A stretch of 64,000 nt of DNA from the human T2T-CHM13v2.0 reference genome, Homo sapiens. The DNA lies in NCBI RefSeq assembly GCF_009914755.1, contig NC_060928.1. One strand, given 5' to 3'. Under the pieces are notes generated by a model that worked only from the letters and a program-made list of their open reading frames with translations, searched no databases and was not told the DNA's origin. Positions 13,168-26,990 of the stretch are shown here, piece by piece (the stretch's first letter is position 1; each line of letters begins with the position of its first letter). A program made the position numbers and the translations under genes.

Positions 13168-13953
13168 TGAGAGGTGAAGTCAGCTGGACTTCCTGGGTCG
13201 AGTGGGGACTTGGAGAACTTTTCTGTCTAGCTAGAGGATTGTAAATGCACCAATCAGCACTCTGTAAAAATGCACCAATCAGCACTCTGTGTCTAGCTAA
13301 AGGATTGTAAATGCACCAATCAGCACTCTATGTCTTGCTAAAGGATTGTAAACACACCAATCAGCACTCTGTAAAAACGCACCAATCAGCCCTCTATGTC
13401 TAGCTAAAGGTTTGTAAACTCACCAATCAGCACTCTGTAAAATGGTCCGTTCAGTGCTCTGTAAAATGGACCAATCAGCAGGACGTGGGTGGGGCCAAAT
13501 AAGGGAATAAAAGCTGGCCACCTGAGCTAGCAATGGCAACTCGCTTGGGTCCCCTTCCACACTGTGGAAGCTTTGTTCTTTCACTCTTCACAATAAATCT
13601 TCCTGCTGCTCATTCTTTGGGTCCACACCACCTTTATGAGCTATAACACTCACTGTGAGGGTCTGTGGCTTCATTCCTCAAGTCAGCAAAACCACGAACC
13701 CACTGGCAGGAACAAACAACTCCGGACGCACCACCTTAACACTCACTGCAAAGGTCTGTGGCTTCACTCCTGAAGTCAGCGAGACCATGAACCCACTGGA
13801 AGAAAGAAACTCTGGACACATCTGAACATCTAAAGGAACAAACTCCAGACACACCATCTTTAAGAGCTGTGAGACTCACGGCAAGGGTCCGTGGCTTCAT
13901 TCTTGAAGTCAGCAAGACCAAGAACCCACCAGAAGGAATAAATTCCGGACACA
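13168..13953 (+). mobile_element. LTR12-family (ERV9) 3' LTR, 786 bp
   Basis: Starts tgagaggtgaag, ends ccggacaca; tandem CCAATCAG repeats, gggaataaaa TATA-like box near 13503, AATAAA near 13592, repeated U5 units. Confidence 0.93.
13248..13512 (+). promoter_or_regulatory. LTR12 U3 enhancer/promoter: 7 CCAAT (NF-Y) boxes plus GC-like and TATA-like boxes
   Basis: Seven CCAATCAG copies counted between 13250 and 13478; activity at this locus is not shown by the sequence. Confidence 0.6.
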
Positions 13954-13981
13954 GAGGAACAGATGTGAAGGGAATGAGGAA

Positions 13982-14166
13982 CTGTTCTCAACCCTGGCCA
14001 CATGTAAAAACCACCTGGGGGGCTTTTAAAACAGTATAGATGCCTAGGCCCCACCCACAAAAATACTTCTAAGATTCTGATTCAGTTCCTCTGGGATTGG
14101 GCCCAGTCAGGGCATTAAAATGTTCTTGCGGTGATTCTAATCTGTGGCCAATTTGGAGAACCACTG
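13982..14166. mobile_element. MER5-type hAT-Charlie DNA transposon
   Basis: Termini ctgttctcaa...ggagaaccactg; internal gattctgattcagt. Confidence 0.75.
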
Positions 14167-14299
14167 GAAGAGGAAGTGTGAGATCTGGGAAGAATAAAAT
14201 GATGTACATGGAGTTAATTATTTCAGAGGCACATGGAATGCTCTGATCGCATACATCATCTTCCTTGTCCCTCCACACACTCTCAGTACCCTTCCTTCC

Positions 14300-14550
14300 C
14301 TCCAGCAAATTCCTACTCCTCTTTGAAGATTCAGAAAAGATGTCACCGCTTTATGAAGCCTTCTCTTGTCCCTCTGGAGTCTACTTCTCACAATTCTCAC
14401 ACCTTCATAAATGCATTTCTATTACAGCATCACTCATGCTGTTTTACTTTTACTATTAACCTGTTTGAGTTTCCCACTAGACTGTGACCTCCACCAACCA
14501 GCACAGAGGCCTAGCACAGAGTAGGCACTCATAAATGTTTGGAGAATAAA
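14300..14550 (+). mobile_element. L2 3' end
   Basis: cccactagactgtga...cctagcacagagtaggcactcataaatgtttg. Confidence 0.65.
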
Positions 14551-16274
14551 TCCTCAAGTAAAACGGGAAAGGCAAGTGTTTCAATTAACATCTCAAAAAA
14601 TGTTGACATAAAATGTCTAGACAGAATTTCTGAGAGTTTCTTATTAAACACTGAAAGGAAACCACTGTTATTAATAGTTAAGTCAACAGGAAATTCATCT
14701 TTCCTTTCCTTGAAAAAAAGGAAAGGATATCCTTGATATATCAGAGAAAGGGTGATCAATGATCAGTTAGTTATCTCAGCTGTTACCCCATGTAGCATCT
14801 GAGCAAGAGTTAAAATAAAATCCTTTAATATAATGTATAGACCAATTTATCTTGCTCCTCAGTCTCAGCTCAAATAAATTCTTACTCAACTCTACCGTGG
14901 CTCCCGAAAGAACAAGGAATATTTAGAGTCAAAAGCATATGTTTTGTAACTTAGAGCAGAATGGGGTACTTCCCTGTCAAACATGACTGTTCATCAGTTG
15001 CAATCCTATCAGCTCAAAGCTCATTTCTTGATCTGAAAAGCATCAGGCATATTGTTAAATATGGGGGGCATGAGTTAGCAGTTCTTGCATACTTCCTCAG
15101 TAGATAAGAAGTTGCAGACTTCTATGATTAGATCCTATGTCTATGTCTTCTTCTAAATTGCAAACGCCTTGAGGAAAGTGACTATTCCATTCATTTTTTT
15201 TAAATAACAGCTTCATTGAGATATAATTTATATACTATTATCTAGAAAATCCCACAGCCTCAGCCCAAAAGCTCTTTCGGCTGATAAACAACTTAAGCAA
15301 AGTTTCAGGATACAAAATCAGTGTACAAAAATCACTAGCATTCCTATCCACCAACAACAGCCAAGCAGGGAGCCAAATCAGAAACACAATCTCATTCACA
15401 ATTGCCACAAAAAGAATAAAACACCTAGGAATACAGCTAACCAGGGAAGTGAAAGATCTCTACAATAAGAATTACAAAACACTGTTCAAAGAAATCAGAG
15501 AAGACACAAACAAATGGAAAAACATCCCATGCTCATGGGTAGGAAGAATTAATATAATTAAAATGGCTACACTGCCCAAAGCAATTTACAGATTCAATAC
15601 TATTCCTATCAAACTATCGACATTCTTCACAGAACTAAAGAAAATTATTTCAAAATTCATATGGAACCAAAAAAAGAGTCCAATTAGCCAAGGCAAGCCC
15701 AAGCAAAAAGAACAAAGCTGGAAGCCTCATGTTACCCAACTTCAAATTATACTACAGGGCTTCAGTACTCAAAACAGCATGGTACTGGTACAAAAACAAG
15801 AACACACAGACCAATGGGACAGAATAGAGAGCCCAGAAATAAAGCCATACATCTATGACCATCTTATCTTCAACAAAGCTGACAAAAAACAGCAATGGGG
15901 AAAAGACTCTTTATTCAATAAATGGTGCTGAAATAACCGGCTAGCCATATGCAAAAGATTGAAGCTGGACCCTTTCCTTATACCGTATACAAAAATCAAC
16001 TCAAGATGAATTAAACACTTAAATGTACAACCCCAAACTATAAAAAGCCTGGAAGACAGCCTAAGCAATACCATCCTGGACAAAGGAATGGATAAAGATT
16101 TCATGACAAAGACACCAAAAGCGATCAAAACAAATTGACAAGTGGGATCTAATTAAACTTATGAGCTTCTGCACAGCAAAAGAAACTATCAACAGAGTAA
16201 ACAGACAACCTACAGAATGGGAGAAACTATCTTCAAACTGTGCATCTGACAAAGGTCTAATATCCAGCACCTAT

Positions 16275-16977
16275 TGAGGGAGGAAATTGAAGAACGAAAG
16301 AAAAATAAAATTAAAAAGAGAAAAACAAGCCTTCTATATTAGGGTGACTCATTCCAAAGGCAGTAGCAGGCAAAGCCTGGACCCAGGTGAAGTCTCAATA
16401 ATATTATCTAAGAAGCCAGAGCTCAAAGGAATGTGCCCTGGAGACTCTCCCAGCCCTCCTTCAACATAGGGAGAAGAAAACAAATTTTCCTTTCCCCTAT
16501 GAGTAAAACTTATGAGTTTACAGATTCCTGTTTTCCGGTAACTTGAGTATTCTGTTTTTATCTAAGCAGCACAGTGAAGATTATAAGACATGCCTGAGCA
16601 GGCCTGGGCTGCAGCCATCTGGGCGCCATAGTGAAGGTTAAGAGATAAGCCTGTGCAAGGCACTAGAGCAAGCCTCCATAACAGCCATCTGGACTGCACA
16701 GGAAGAGTCACCTGTAATCCTGAGTTATGAACCTGTCACAATTTAATTAACTCCCTTTGTTCTGCCTCTGTATCCTTGCTTTCACGCCACTACGATTCGC
16801 GCCACTGTAAACTTGTTTCAGGCTAGCCCACCCCCTTTTAGAAATGTGTCTAAAATTCAAGTGCTGTCTTTGTTCCAGGCCCAGTTTTTGGATGTTAATC
16901 CGCTGGGTCTGAGTGCACTCAATAAAAATCCTCCAGTTTCACCATGATCTCTCTGGTCCTCCTTCACTCCCACAACC
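16275..16977 (+). mobile_element. Solo LTR, probably ERV1 class, about 700 bp, family not assigned
   Basis: Cleanly interrupts L1 ORF2; starts TG; AATAAA at 16921; TSD ctat (16271-16274 and 16978-16981). Confidence 0.8.
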
Positions 16978-17455
16978 CTATAAGGAACTTAATTAAACAA
17001 ATTTACAGGAGAAAAACAAACCCATTAAAAAGTGAGCAAAGGACATGAACAGACACTTCTGAAAAGAAGACATACATTTGGCCAAGAAGCATATGAAAAA
17101 AAGCTCAATACCGCTGATCATTAAAGAATATGCAAATCAAATCAGAATGGCTATTACTAAAAAGTCAAAAAATAATAGATGCTGGTGAGATTGCGGAGAA
17201 AAGGGAACACTTATATGCTGTCGGTGGGAGTGTGAATTAGTTCAACTGTTGTGGAAAGCAGTGTGGCGATTTCTCAAAAAGTTAAAAGCAGAACTACCAT
17301 TCGACCCAGTAATCCTGTTACTGGGTATATACTCAGAGGAATATAAATCATAAACACACATGGACATGAATGTTCACTGCAGCACTATTCACAACAGCAA
17401 AGACATGGAATCAACCTAAATGTCCATTAATGACAGACTGGATAAAGAAAATGTG

Positions 17456-17790
17456 GGCCAGTCATGGTGGCTCATGCCTGTAATCCTAGCACTTTGGGAG
17501 GCTGAGGTGGGTGGATCACCTCAGGTCAGGAGTTTGAGACCAGCCTGGCCAACATGGTGAAACCGTGTCTCCACTAAAAATACAAAAACTAGCTGGGTGT
17601 GGTGGTAGATGCCTATAATCCCAGCTAGTTGGAAGGCTGATGGCCGGAGAATCTCTTGAAGCTGGGATGGTGGGGGGTAGGGGTTGGGGGGTGGAGGTGG
17701 CATTGAGCCAAGATCATGCCACTTCACTCCAGCCTGGGCGAAAGAGTGAGACTCCATCTCCACAAAAAAAAAAAAAAAAAAAAGAAAAAA
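17456..17790 (+). mobile_element. AluSx-like with a G-rich insertion
   Basis: Alu match; TSD about gaaaatgtg on both sides, inside the L1. Confidence 0.92.
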
Positions 17791-18627
17791 AGGAAAATGT
17801 GGTACATATATACCATGGAATACTATGCAGCCATAAAAAAGCACAAGATAATGTCTTTTGTAGGAACATGAATGGAGCTGGAGATTATTATCCTTAGAAA
17901 ACTAATGCAGGAACAGAAAACCAAGTAGCACATTTTCTCTTATAAGTGGGAGCTAAATGATAAGAACTTACAAACACAAAGAAGGAGGCAACAAACACTG
18001 GAGTGTGGAGGATGGGAGGAGGGAGAGGAGCAGAAAAGATAACTATTGGGTACTGAGCTTAATACCTAGGTGATGAAATAATCTGAACAACAAAGCCCCA
18101 TGACATGTGTTTACCTATGTAACAAACCTTCACATGTACCCCTGAACCTAAAAGTTAAAAAATTTTTATATCATAAATTTATATACCATATTTTAAAGTA
18201 CACAATTCAGTGCTATTTAGTATACTCACAGAGTTGTGCATCCAATAATACTATCTAATTCAAGAACATTTTTATCACCAAAAATGAAATCCTGTACCCA
18301 TTAACAGTCACGACCCATTCGTCCCTCCCTCCAACCCCTGCAAACACTAATCTTTGTTTTTGTGAACTTGGTGATGATAGACATTTCATATAAACAGAAT
18401 CATATAATGAGATCTTTTGTGACTGGCTTCTCTCATTTACTGTATCTTCAAGGTTCATCCATGTTGTAGCATGTATCAGTACTTTATTCCTCTTTATGGC
18501 TGGATAATATTTCATTGTATGGCTATACTACATTTTATTTGTTCACTGGTTAATGGACATTTGGGTTGTTTTCAGTTTTTAGCTATTATGAGTTAACACT
18601 CATATACAAGTTTTTCTTCTATGGATA

Positions 18628-19077
18628 TGTAAAACTGACCCAATAGTCCTACAGATAGCTTTTTTTGATAAACATAGAAATTGACCCTTCTGGTCTTAAA
18701 AGAAATTTATATTTGTTTATCTGAGATCCTTCCTCAGGAAATGACCTTCAGGTCTCTCAAAAAAAAAGTATCAAAGAACTGAAACTCACCAGATCATTGC
18801 ATCCAGACAATGAGATGGGGGAACCCTCATTCATCCTAATTGCTTCCTTGCTCCTACCTAGATCCTGTTTTGTTACAGTTTGTTTCATTTCTTCCCTACT
18901 ATATAAAACCTTAGTTTTAGTTGGTCAGGGAGATGGATTTCAGACTGAGCTCCTATCTTCTCAGCTGCAGCACCCGATTAAAGCCTTCTTCCTTAGCAAT
19001 ACCTGCCCTCTCAGTGATCTGGCTTTCTGTGCAGTGAGCAGCAGGACCTAGACTGAACCCCTGGTGTTTCAGTAACA
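18628..19077 (+). mobile_element. ERV1-class solo LTR (MER66-like)
   Basis: tgtaaaactgacccaatagtc...ccctggtgtttcagtaaca; TG...CA termini; attaaa poly(A) signal. Confidence 0.7.
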
Positions 19078-19181
19078 CATTTTCAATTGTCTTGGGTGTG
19101 TACTCAGGAGTGGAACTGCTGAGTACAGTAACTTTTTTGTACATACACACACACATTTTTATATTTTTATAAACATATCGT

Positions 19182-19184
<3 letters not shown>

Positions 19185-19228
<44 letters not shown>
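19185..19228. repeat. (TA)n microsatellite
   Basis: About 22 TA units. Confidence 0.97.
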
Positions 19229-19230
<2 letters not shown>

Positions 19231-20079
19231 CATTTTCAAGAACTCCCAGACTGTAGTACAAAGCCACTGTACCATTTTCCATTCCCTCCAACAGTGTATA
19301 AGGCTTCTAAATTCTCCACATCCTTGCCAACACTTGTTATTGTCTTTTTTATTATAGCCATCCTAGTTGGTGTGAAATGGTATTTCACTGGGGCTATGCT
19401 TTTCATTTCCCTTTCATTTTCCAGAATTTCCAGTTCCTTTTATTATAAAGTCTAGCATGTAATAAGACTCAATAAATGTTTTTTGACTCCTTAATTCATT
19501 TCCTCATTAATTCATTAAATATGTACCAAGAGCCTACTATGTATACCAAGGCCAAGAACACAGCAGTGAACAAAATAAGCAAAACTAAATGAGGAATGAA
19601 TAACCAAAATGCCAGTAACAATGAGGGTTAGTCTTTAGCATAAAGGTGGTTCTCTTGGATTCCTGGCAGGTGGATGGGTCCCCCAGTGATTCTGCCATCC
19701 CCTCCACGTCTATTCATCATGCTATGTTGAGTGTGATTTATGAAGCTCCAACATCAATTCAAGAGGATCGATTCCTAATCCAGAGGTGGGTATAAGTTCA
19801 GATTTAAGAGTGTGACAAGAGCTAATATTACTGCTGTCATTGCTCTCCTGCATGCATGATGAAGGAACATCTATTATAGCCTGGCACGTGTTTCCTCCTT
19901 TTCTGTTAAAAGCCTCGCAAATTTTCTAGGGGAATCAGCCTTCCCCTACACCCATTCAATCATTCAACAGATATTTTTTGTGCACTACTCCATGCCATAT
20001 ATGCTTCTAAGTGCTGAGGATATAGCAGTGAACAAAACCAACAAAGTAAAGATACCTATGGAGCGCAGAGCGCACACTC

Positions 20080-20539
20080 TAGGGATTAGGCCCATGTGTT
20101 TCAGGCAGAGATGACTGTACTCCTTATTTCAGGGGGCACATGGCCAAGGCACAGCCAATCACAGTAGCAAATCCCCAGGGCTCTAGTGGCTGGTTCAAGG
20201 AAAAGCTTATGACCCACATGAAGCCAACCATGAGACTTGCCAGAAGGTAAGAGTGGTGCTCTGTTTTCTCTTTTTCTTGAACTAGAAGATATAAGCCTAG
20301 AGCTTCAAGGGGTCACCATGAGGAGATAACCTGCCCAGCATGACTGTACCAAAGAAAGCGAAGCCAAGAGACAGAGAGAAAATGTGCAAGCCCTAATGAC
20401 TGAATCCCTAAAATAAGACATGCCTGAAATATGATACTGCTGGACTTCTCAGGTCGATAGATTTATGTGTTTATTTTGCCTAAGCCACTTGGAGCTAGGT
20501 TTTCTCTGTTTTGCAACTAAAAGAGCCCTCGTTAATACA
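20080..20539 (+). mobile_element. MLT1 (MaLR) LTR remnant
   Basis: 3' end cctaagccacttggagctaggttttt...ttgcaactaaaagagccc...taataca. Confidence 0.55.
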
Positions 20540-21698
20540 CAAAGTATTTTTTATGAAACCTAAACAAAACTGGATAAGCCAGGATCACTCTAATTTCATG
20601 ACTTGCCCAGCTTCTCTCGATCCCAGCCACAAAGGCCCCAGCACAGATACAACCAGGCCTACTGGCCCTGTAACTCGGACCACATCCTAATACAAACCTG
20701 TGCTGCATCCTGTGGTTAAACCTGGCTTTCCCCCTCCTCCTTTTCCCTTTTCTAAGACCTTTAGCCTTTTGTCAAAGAAAGAGTTTGTGAGTAATGACAA
20801 GAACTTCTCTCTTCAATAACCTGCTGCTCTCCCTTTACTCCCGCGACATGCTTATAAAATTGGAAACTGACAAACGGGCCCAGGGTTGATAAATGGGCCA
20901 AAGGAAGACCAATGTTTGCCCCATGCTTGAATGAAACTTCACATTTGCTTCATTTTTATTTTTCTGCTATACAATTTCATTTCCACTGAGGAGTTAATAG
21001 TGAAACCTACCCTGAGGAATGTCACTGTTTGAACTAGATTACAAAATATTAAGGAAATGAAATAAACTCTGATTTTTCTTTTCCTTTTAGGAGGGAGAAG
21101 CTAAATAAAGCTGGCTTCCCGAAACTACTCATGAAAGGAAACCTTCAATGTGACAAAAATGATAAGAACTCTGTGAACAAAAGAGGCAAAAGTTATCAAT
21201 AAGGCAGCTTGGGTCACCGGGCCAGGGAGATGGCAGGATTTGAACCTCAGAATATTCTAACTAGGCGAGCAATGTCACACTGCTGATGCAGAGTGTCAGA
21301 TACAATCAGATCTTACCCACTTGAGGGTTTCTTGTGTCCCATTAAACTTAACTGCCTGAGGACTCACTCTGTTCAATGTTTGAAGTGGAACTGAGATTTA
21401 AGACAGATGTATCACATACTTTTTAATAAACTCAATCTTAACGAGCTTGATTTAGCCATTCCACAATGTATACACATTTCAAAACAACATGTTGTACACA
21501 ATAAACATATACATGTTTTATTTGTCGATTATAAAAAATAAGTAAGAAATGTTATTTTCTAAAAAAGAAAATCAGATTTGGCAGAAAATCAGATTACACA
21601 AACTCACAATGGCTGAAGTTGGCAGAGGGTCTTATGAGAACACCATGTTAGGGATGAGGAGAGAGGTTCAGGGAAGGCTTCCCACAAAAAGAAGAGCT

Positions 21699-22113
<415 letters not shown>

Positions 22114-22219
22114 TTATTTAGGAAGCACAAGCAGAATGTGTATATTCAAGTAAGAATTAAGACCTTTGGAGTAGTCAACTTTGGAAATTATATTCCAAGG
22201 TCATTTTCTCTGTTCAATT

Positions 22220-22389
22220 TCTTTTTTACTTTAAGGGACAGGGTCTCACTATGTTGCCCAGGCTGGAGTGCATTCACAGGCACAGTCATCATGCACTACA
22301 GCCTCAAATTCCTGGGCTCAAGCGATCCTCCTGCCGCCTCAGACTCCCAAGTAGCTGGAGCTACAGGTATGCACCACTACACCTAGCTC
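22220..22389 (-). mobile_element. Alu monomer (AluJ right arm/FRAM-like)
   Basis: Single-arm Alu match. Confidence 0.8.
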
Positions 22390-22660
22390 TCTTCCCTGCT
22401 CAATTTCTAAGCTGTTTCCATTCTTTAATAAAGCCTCAGTGACTTTCAAAGATAATTTTTTTTTAATAGAGCTCTAGACTTACGGGCAAGCCTGATGATG
22501 ATCCAGCTTGAGAATATTGGTTTAGGTGAAAAAAAAGTAGGTGAGCTATAAAGAAATGTCACATATTTTCTTGAGTTACTACTGATAAGCTGGGCCCCAA
22601 ATCCATTCTGAAAGGGAAAAAATGTTAAACAATAACAGGATCCTTAAAATAGGGTAATTA

Positions 22661-23128
<468 letters not shown>

Positions 23129-24556
23129 CTAGAGTTAGAAAAAGGAGCTGAAGGCAAACCTTACCCCACTTATTAGTCAAGACCCTCTCTCATCAGTCGC
23201 CATTTGAATTTTCAAGTGAAAAAAATGGCTGGAATAGGATTTTCCACTGAACTAGGAATACCTCTTTCCCTGTAGAATGTGTTATATGTCATACCGATGC
23301 ATGAGAGTAGTAGCTGTTATTTAAAAACCAGGCTAGATAACTGTTCCAGTATCTCTTACGTTATAACCACCAAAGAATAAAGCTGTTTGAGCACCAGCAT
23401 GAAGAATGAAAACATCAGCATAACAAAATATAGCAAGAACAGGAAATTTCTAGAAGTTATTTGATTAGTCCACCTTCACTTAGAGGAACACACATCATTT
23501 TATACACTTGCCAGCTTTATTTTAATGTTTTCATACTAGAGTACCTTGAAGATAAGACTATAATAATAATCTATTAATAACCTATCTCATAAAAATATGA
23601 TTTTAAAAGTTAAAGGATCCCTAAAAGAATTATTCTCAACATTTAAAATCTATTTTCTAAAGAACATACGTATTTATTTTGATTTTTCCAAAATTCATAT
23701 ATCTATTCAATACGTATTGACAAAATATGTATTGACAAAATCCATACCCTCCCCAAATCATCACACTATGATTATATGGCTTCTAAAAATCAGCTCTAAG
23801 ACGCTGATATTCCTGTGTAAACTCAGGTTTGTCATAGTTTTTGGCTGTTTTTTATAAAAGAATATTTGTTGCCTCTCATATACCTCTGCTGAGCTTAGTG
23901 TTTATGTTTTATTTTAGTTCTTTGTTGAAATATAACATGAAAAATGTCATATAAAGGAGAAAACAGCTTGATTATATTTAATAATAAGTTTAGAATTTAG
24001 GGACATTAGTATCTATTTGCCAATGGCTTAAATCTACTTATTTAAAAACTTAGAACTTGCTGAGCAATATGTGCCCTAATAAATATGAAATCTATCCAGA
24101 TCTGTCACTTGAAGTCCTATATGATGTTTAATATGAAATGTTTCTGCAATTGCTTTTTCCTTATTATGTAACTGTGAGGCTAGGGATTAAATCCCACACC
24201 ACATTGTATGTAGACTAGCATCTATCATGAGACCAAAAAAGGGATGCACAATAAAATTAAGGTTGTTTTCCTAAGGCCTGAAATTAATCTGCTGATTAGA
24301 CCCAAGGAGAATACATTCAGTATTGGGGGCGGGGGGGGTTTCTGTCTAAGCAAACTCTACAAGCTATTAATAAGATGCAGACTGAGAAACGCAACACCAA
24401 CACCTACTCCTTTGTTGACATTTCAGCAGTACCCAGGCTGTAATGTACAATGCTAGATGGTAAAATTTGACAGTTTTAAGCTCCTGTCATAGTCAACTAA
24501 AATATTTTTACATTACGATATAAGTATTCATGCAATTATTACACAAATATGGTTAA

Positions 24557-24907
<351 letters not shown>

Positions 24908-25060
24908 AAGATTCATTTTTCTATTACATTAGTGAAGAACAATGAAATTAAAAAACATGTTATTTTAGCAAATCATAAGTTTAACATTAAACATTATCTT
25001 TTTTTAAGTTTTAATATTCAACTGCTTCTCTGCATTGAAATATGAGAAAATGTATCTGAC

Positions 25061-25079
25061 CTGGAAGTACTTCTGACAT
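25061..25079 (-). CDS. APBB2: APBB2 start-codon segment ATGTCAGAAGTACTTCCAG (MSEVLP + first base of Ala7)
   Basis: Reverse complement of ctggaagtacttctgacat; donor CAG|gtcaga at 25061/25060. Joined to 6217 it gives MSEVLPADSGVDTL, the APBB2 N-terminus as I recall it. Confidence 0.95.
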
Positions 25080-25129
25080 GGATCACCAGGCGTCAGCAAT
25101 GGTGCAGGAAATAGGTTATAATTTGAAAT
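25061..25129 (-). other. APBB2: APBB2 69-nt exon (50 nt 5'UTR + 19 nt CDS)
   Basis: Acceptor cttctttttag|ATTTC at 25130/25129; an in-frame TAA lies upstream of the ATG within the exon. Confidence 0.9.
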
Positions 25130-25408
25130 CTAAAAAGAAGGGATCATTTGAGAAATTAAAACTCCAAATAACAAAGCATAAAAGAAAGAAAAGCATAGCA
25201 GTGAAAATCTCTCCAAAAGCTGTTATATATACCAAACAAATTTTGGCAGATAATGTCCAAATTTTTGTTTGTTTATAGTTGGTCATACCACTTTTGATTG
25301 AAACTTGAATTCCTACTTTGTCACATTTCCCACAAACATTTATTGAGGATTTTTTTCATGGTAGGCCTTACCTACCTTTCTGTCTCAAGTTTCCAATGCT
25401 TTTTCTCA

Positions 25409-25410
<2 letters not shown>

Positions 25411-25457
<47 letters not shown>
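25411..25457. repeat. (CA)n microsatellite
   Basis: About 23 CA units. Confidence 0.97.
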
Positions 25458-25459
<2 letters not shown>

Positions 25460-25479
25460 TCAGCACCACTACAGAAAAA

Positions 25480-26990
25480 AAAAAATTGGTACATTTTGCC
25501 ACGTAAAAATTAAAACCATCTGTTTAGAAAAAAAGTGACTATAAACACGATAAAAGCAAAAAACAGACTGAAGAAAAAATTACCACCACAGATGACATAA
25601 AAGGGCTAATTTCCTTTATATAGAAAGAGTTCCTTAAAACCATTAAGAAAAATATGAACAAGTCTGTAGGAGAATAAGAAAAGAAACAAGTCCCAAGAGA
25701 AACACCAATGTTGAATAAACATAAATCACTAGCTTCACTCAAAACTTAAGAAAATACCAATTTAAATAACAATGTCTAACTGGATTTCCTATATCAGACT
25801 GGAAAGATTAATAAGCCAGATAATACCACAATCTAAGGACAGGACACTGGAAACAGGAAGTTTCAAACCTTGCTGGTGAGAGTAAAAGCTGGCAAAATTC
25901 TTTGGAGAGCCATTTACAAATATCTGAGCAAGTTTTGAATGCATGGATCCCACTGCTCGGCAATTCCACTTCTGATAATTTGTTTCACAGACAAGCTAAC
26001 GTGGATTCTATTCTTCTGAAGTCAAAAGACCAGTAACCACCTAGATGTTCTTCAGTGCACAGCTGGTTCATTAGATGATAATACACCCATACAATGAAGT
26101 ACCATGCTGCCCTTAGGAAAAATGAAGTGGATCTACAAGAGCCTATATAAAAGGGGTTGTTGGTTTTTTGTTTTTTTGCAACGGAGTCTGGCTCTGTCAC
26201 CCAGGCTGGAGGGCAATAGCGCAATCTCGGTTCACTGCAACCTCCACCTCCCGGGTTGAAGCTATTCTCCTGCCTCAGCCTCCCGAGTAGTTGGGATTAC
26301 AGGCGCGCATCACCACGCCCAACTAATTTTTGTATTTTTAGTAGAAACAGCGTTTCACCATGTTGACCAGGTTGGTCTTGAACTCCTGACCTCAAGTGAT
26401 CCGCCCACCTTGGCCTCCCAAAGTGCTGGGATTACAGGTGTGAGTCACGACACCTGGCCAAAAAGGGTTTTAAGATGCATCACCAAGAGGTGAAGAATAT
26501 GCATAGCAAAGCATGATCTAATTTGAGTAACATTTTTAAAAAGCGTACACATATAAATACATGTGCACACACACCTAGGTGTATACTCACATGCACATGC
26601 ATTTACATGGAAAATTTCTTAAAGGAATAGAAAGATCTAGAAATACTGGTAAGCTGCCAGTTTAACAAAATAATACATAATAAGGAAAACTGAAAATAGA
26701 CCTTATTTTCAATGAGTTGCCATCAGGAATGTCACTCAGAATGATAACATGTTATATTAAGTCAAATACAGATACTGTATGATTCTATTTATATGAATTA
26801 CAAAAACAGGAAAAACAGATTGATATCAGGATGATGGGGGTGGGGTAGGGAAGAAGCAAAAGGGTGGCTTCTGGGACACTGAGAATGTCATGTTTTTTTC
26901 ATTGAGATGTGGAAATTCATCAGGCTGTGCTCTTACGTGCACATTTCTATATGCGTAATGCACTTCCATGAAAAGTTAAAAGAAAAAAAT
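25480..26990 (+). mobile_element. Old L1ME-type 3' fragments, split by an Alu
   Basis: gcaattccacttct; cacccatacaatgaagtaccatgc; tactgtatgattctatttatatga. Confidence 0.6.
26163..26459 (-). mobile_element. AluSx-like
   Basis: Alu consensus match. Confidence 0.92.

Larger units (their letters stand above)
15238..18160 (+). mobile_element. 5'-truncated primate L1 (older L1PA/L1PB): ORF2 3' part and 3'UTR, interrupted by an LTR and an Alu, itself inserted in an L1MB
   Basis: ORF 15449-15931 matches L1 ORF2p ([18 protein letters not shown]...LFNKWC); 3'UTR ends cctgaacctaaaagttaaaaa; approximate TSD aatttatatac near 15225 and 18177. Confidence 0.92.
18170..19410 (-). mobile_element. L1MB-type 3'UTR (continues from 15195-15237), interrupted by an LTR and (TA)n
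   Basis: ttttaaagtacacaattcagtg...aggttcatccatgttgtagcatgtatcagtact. Confidence 0.8.

Noticed and set aside
13240-13480. Regularly spaced short repeats resembling a CRISPR-like array
   Set aside because: Standard LTR12 U3 tandem CCAAT repeats with no unique spacers; human DNA.
15449-15931. 160-aa ORF
   Set aside because: Fragment of L1 ORF2p in a truncated, frameshifted, interrupted L1.
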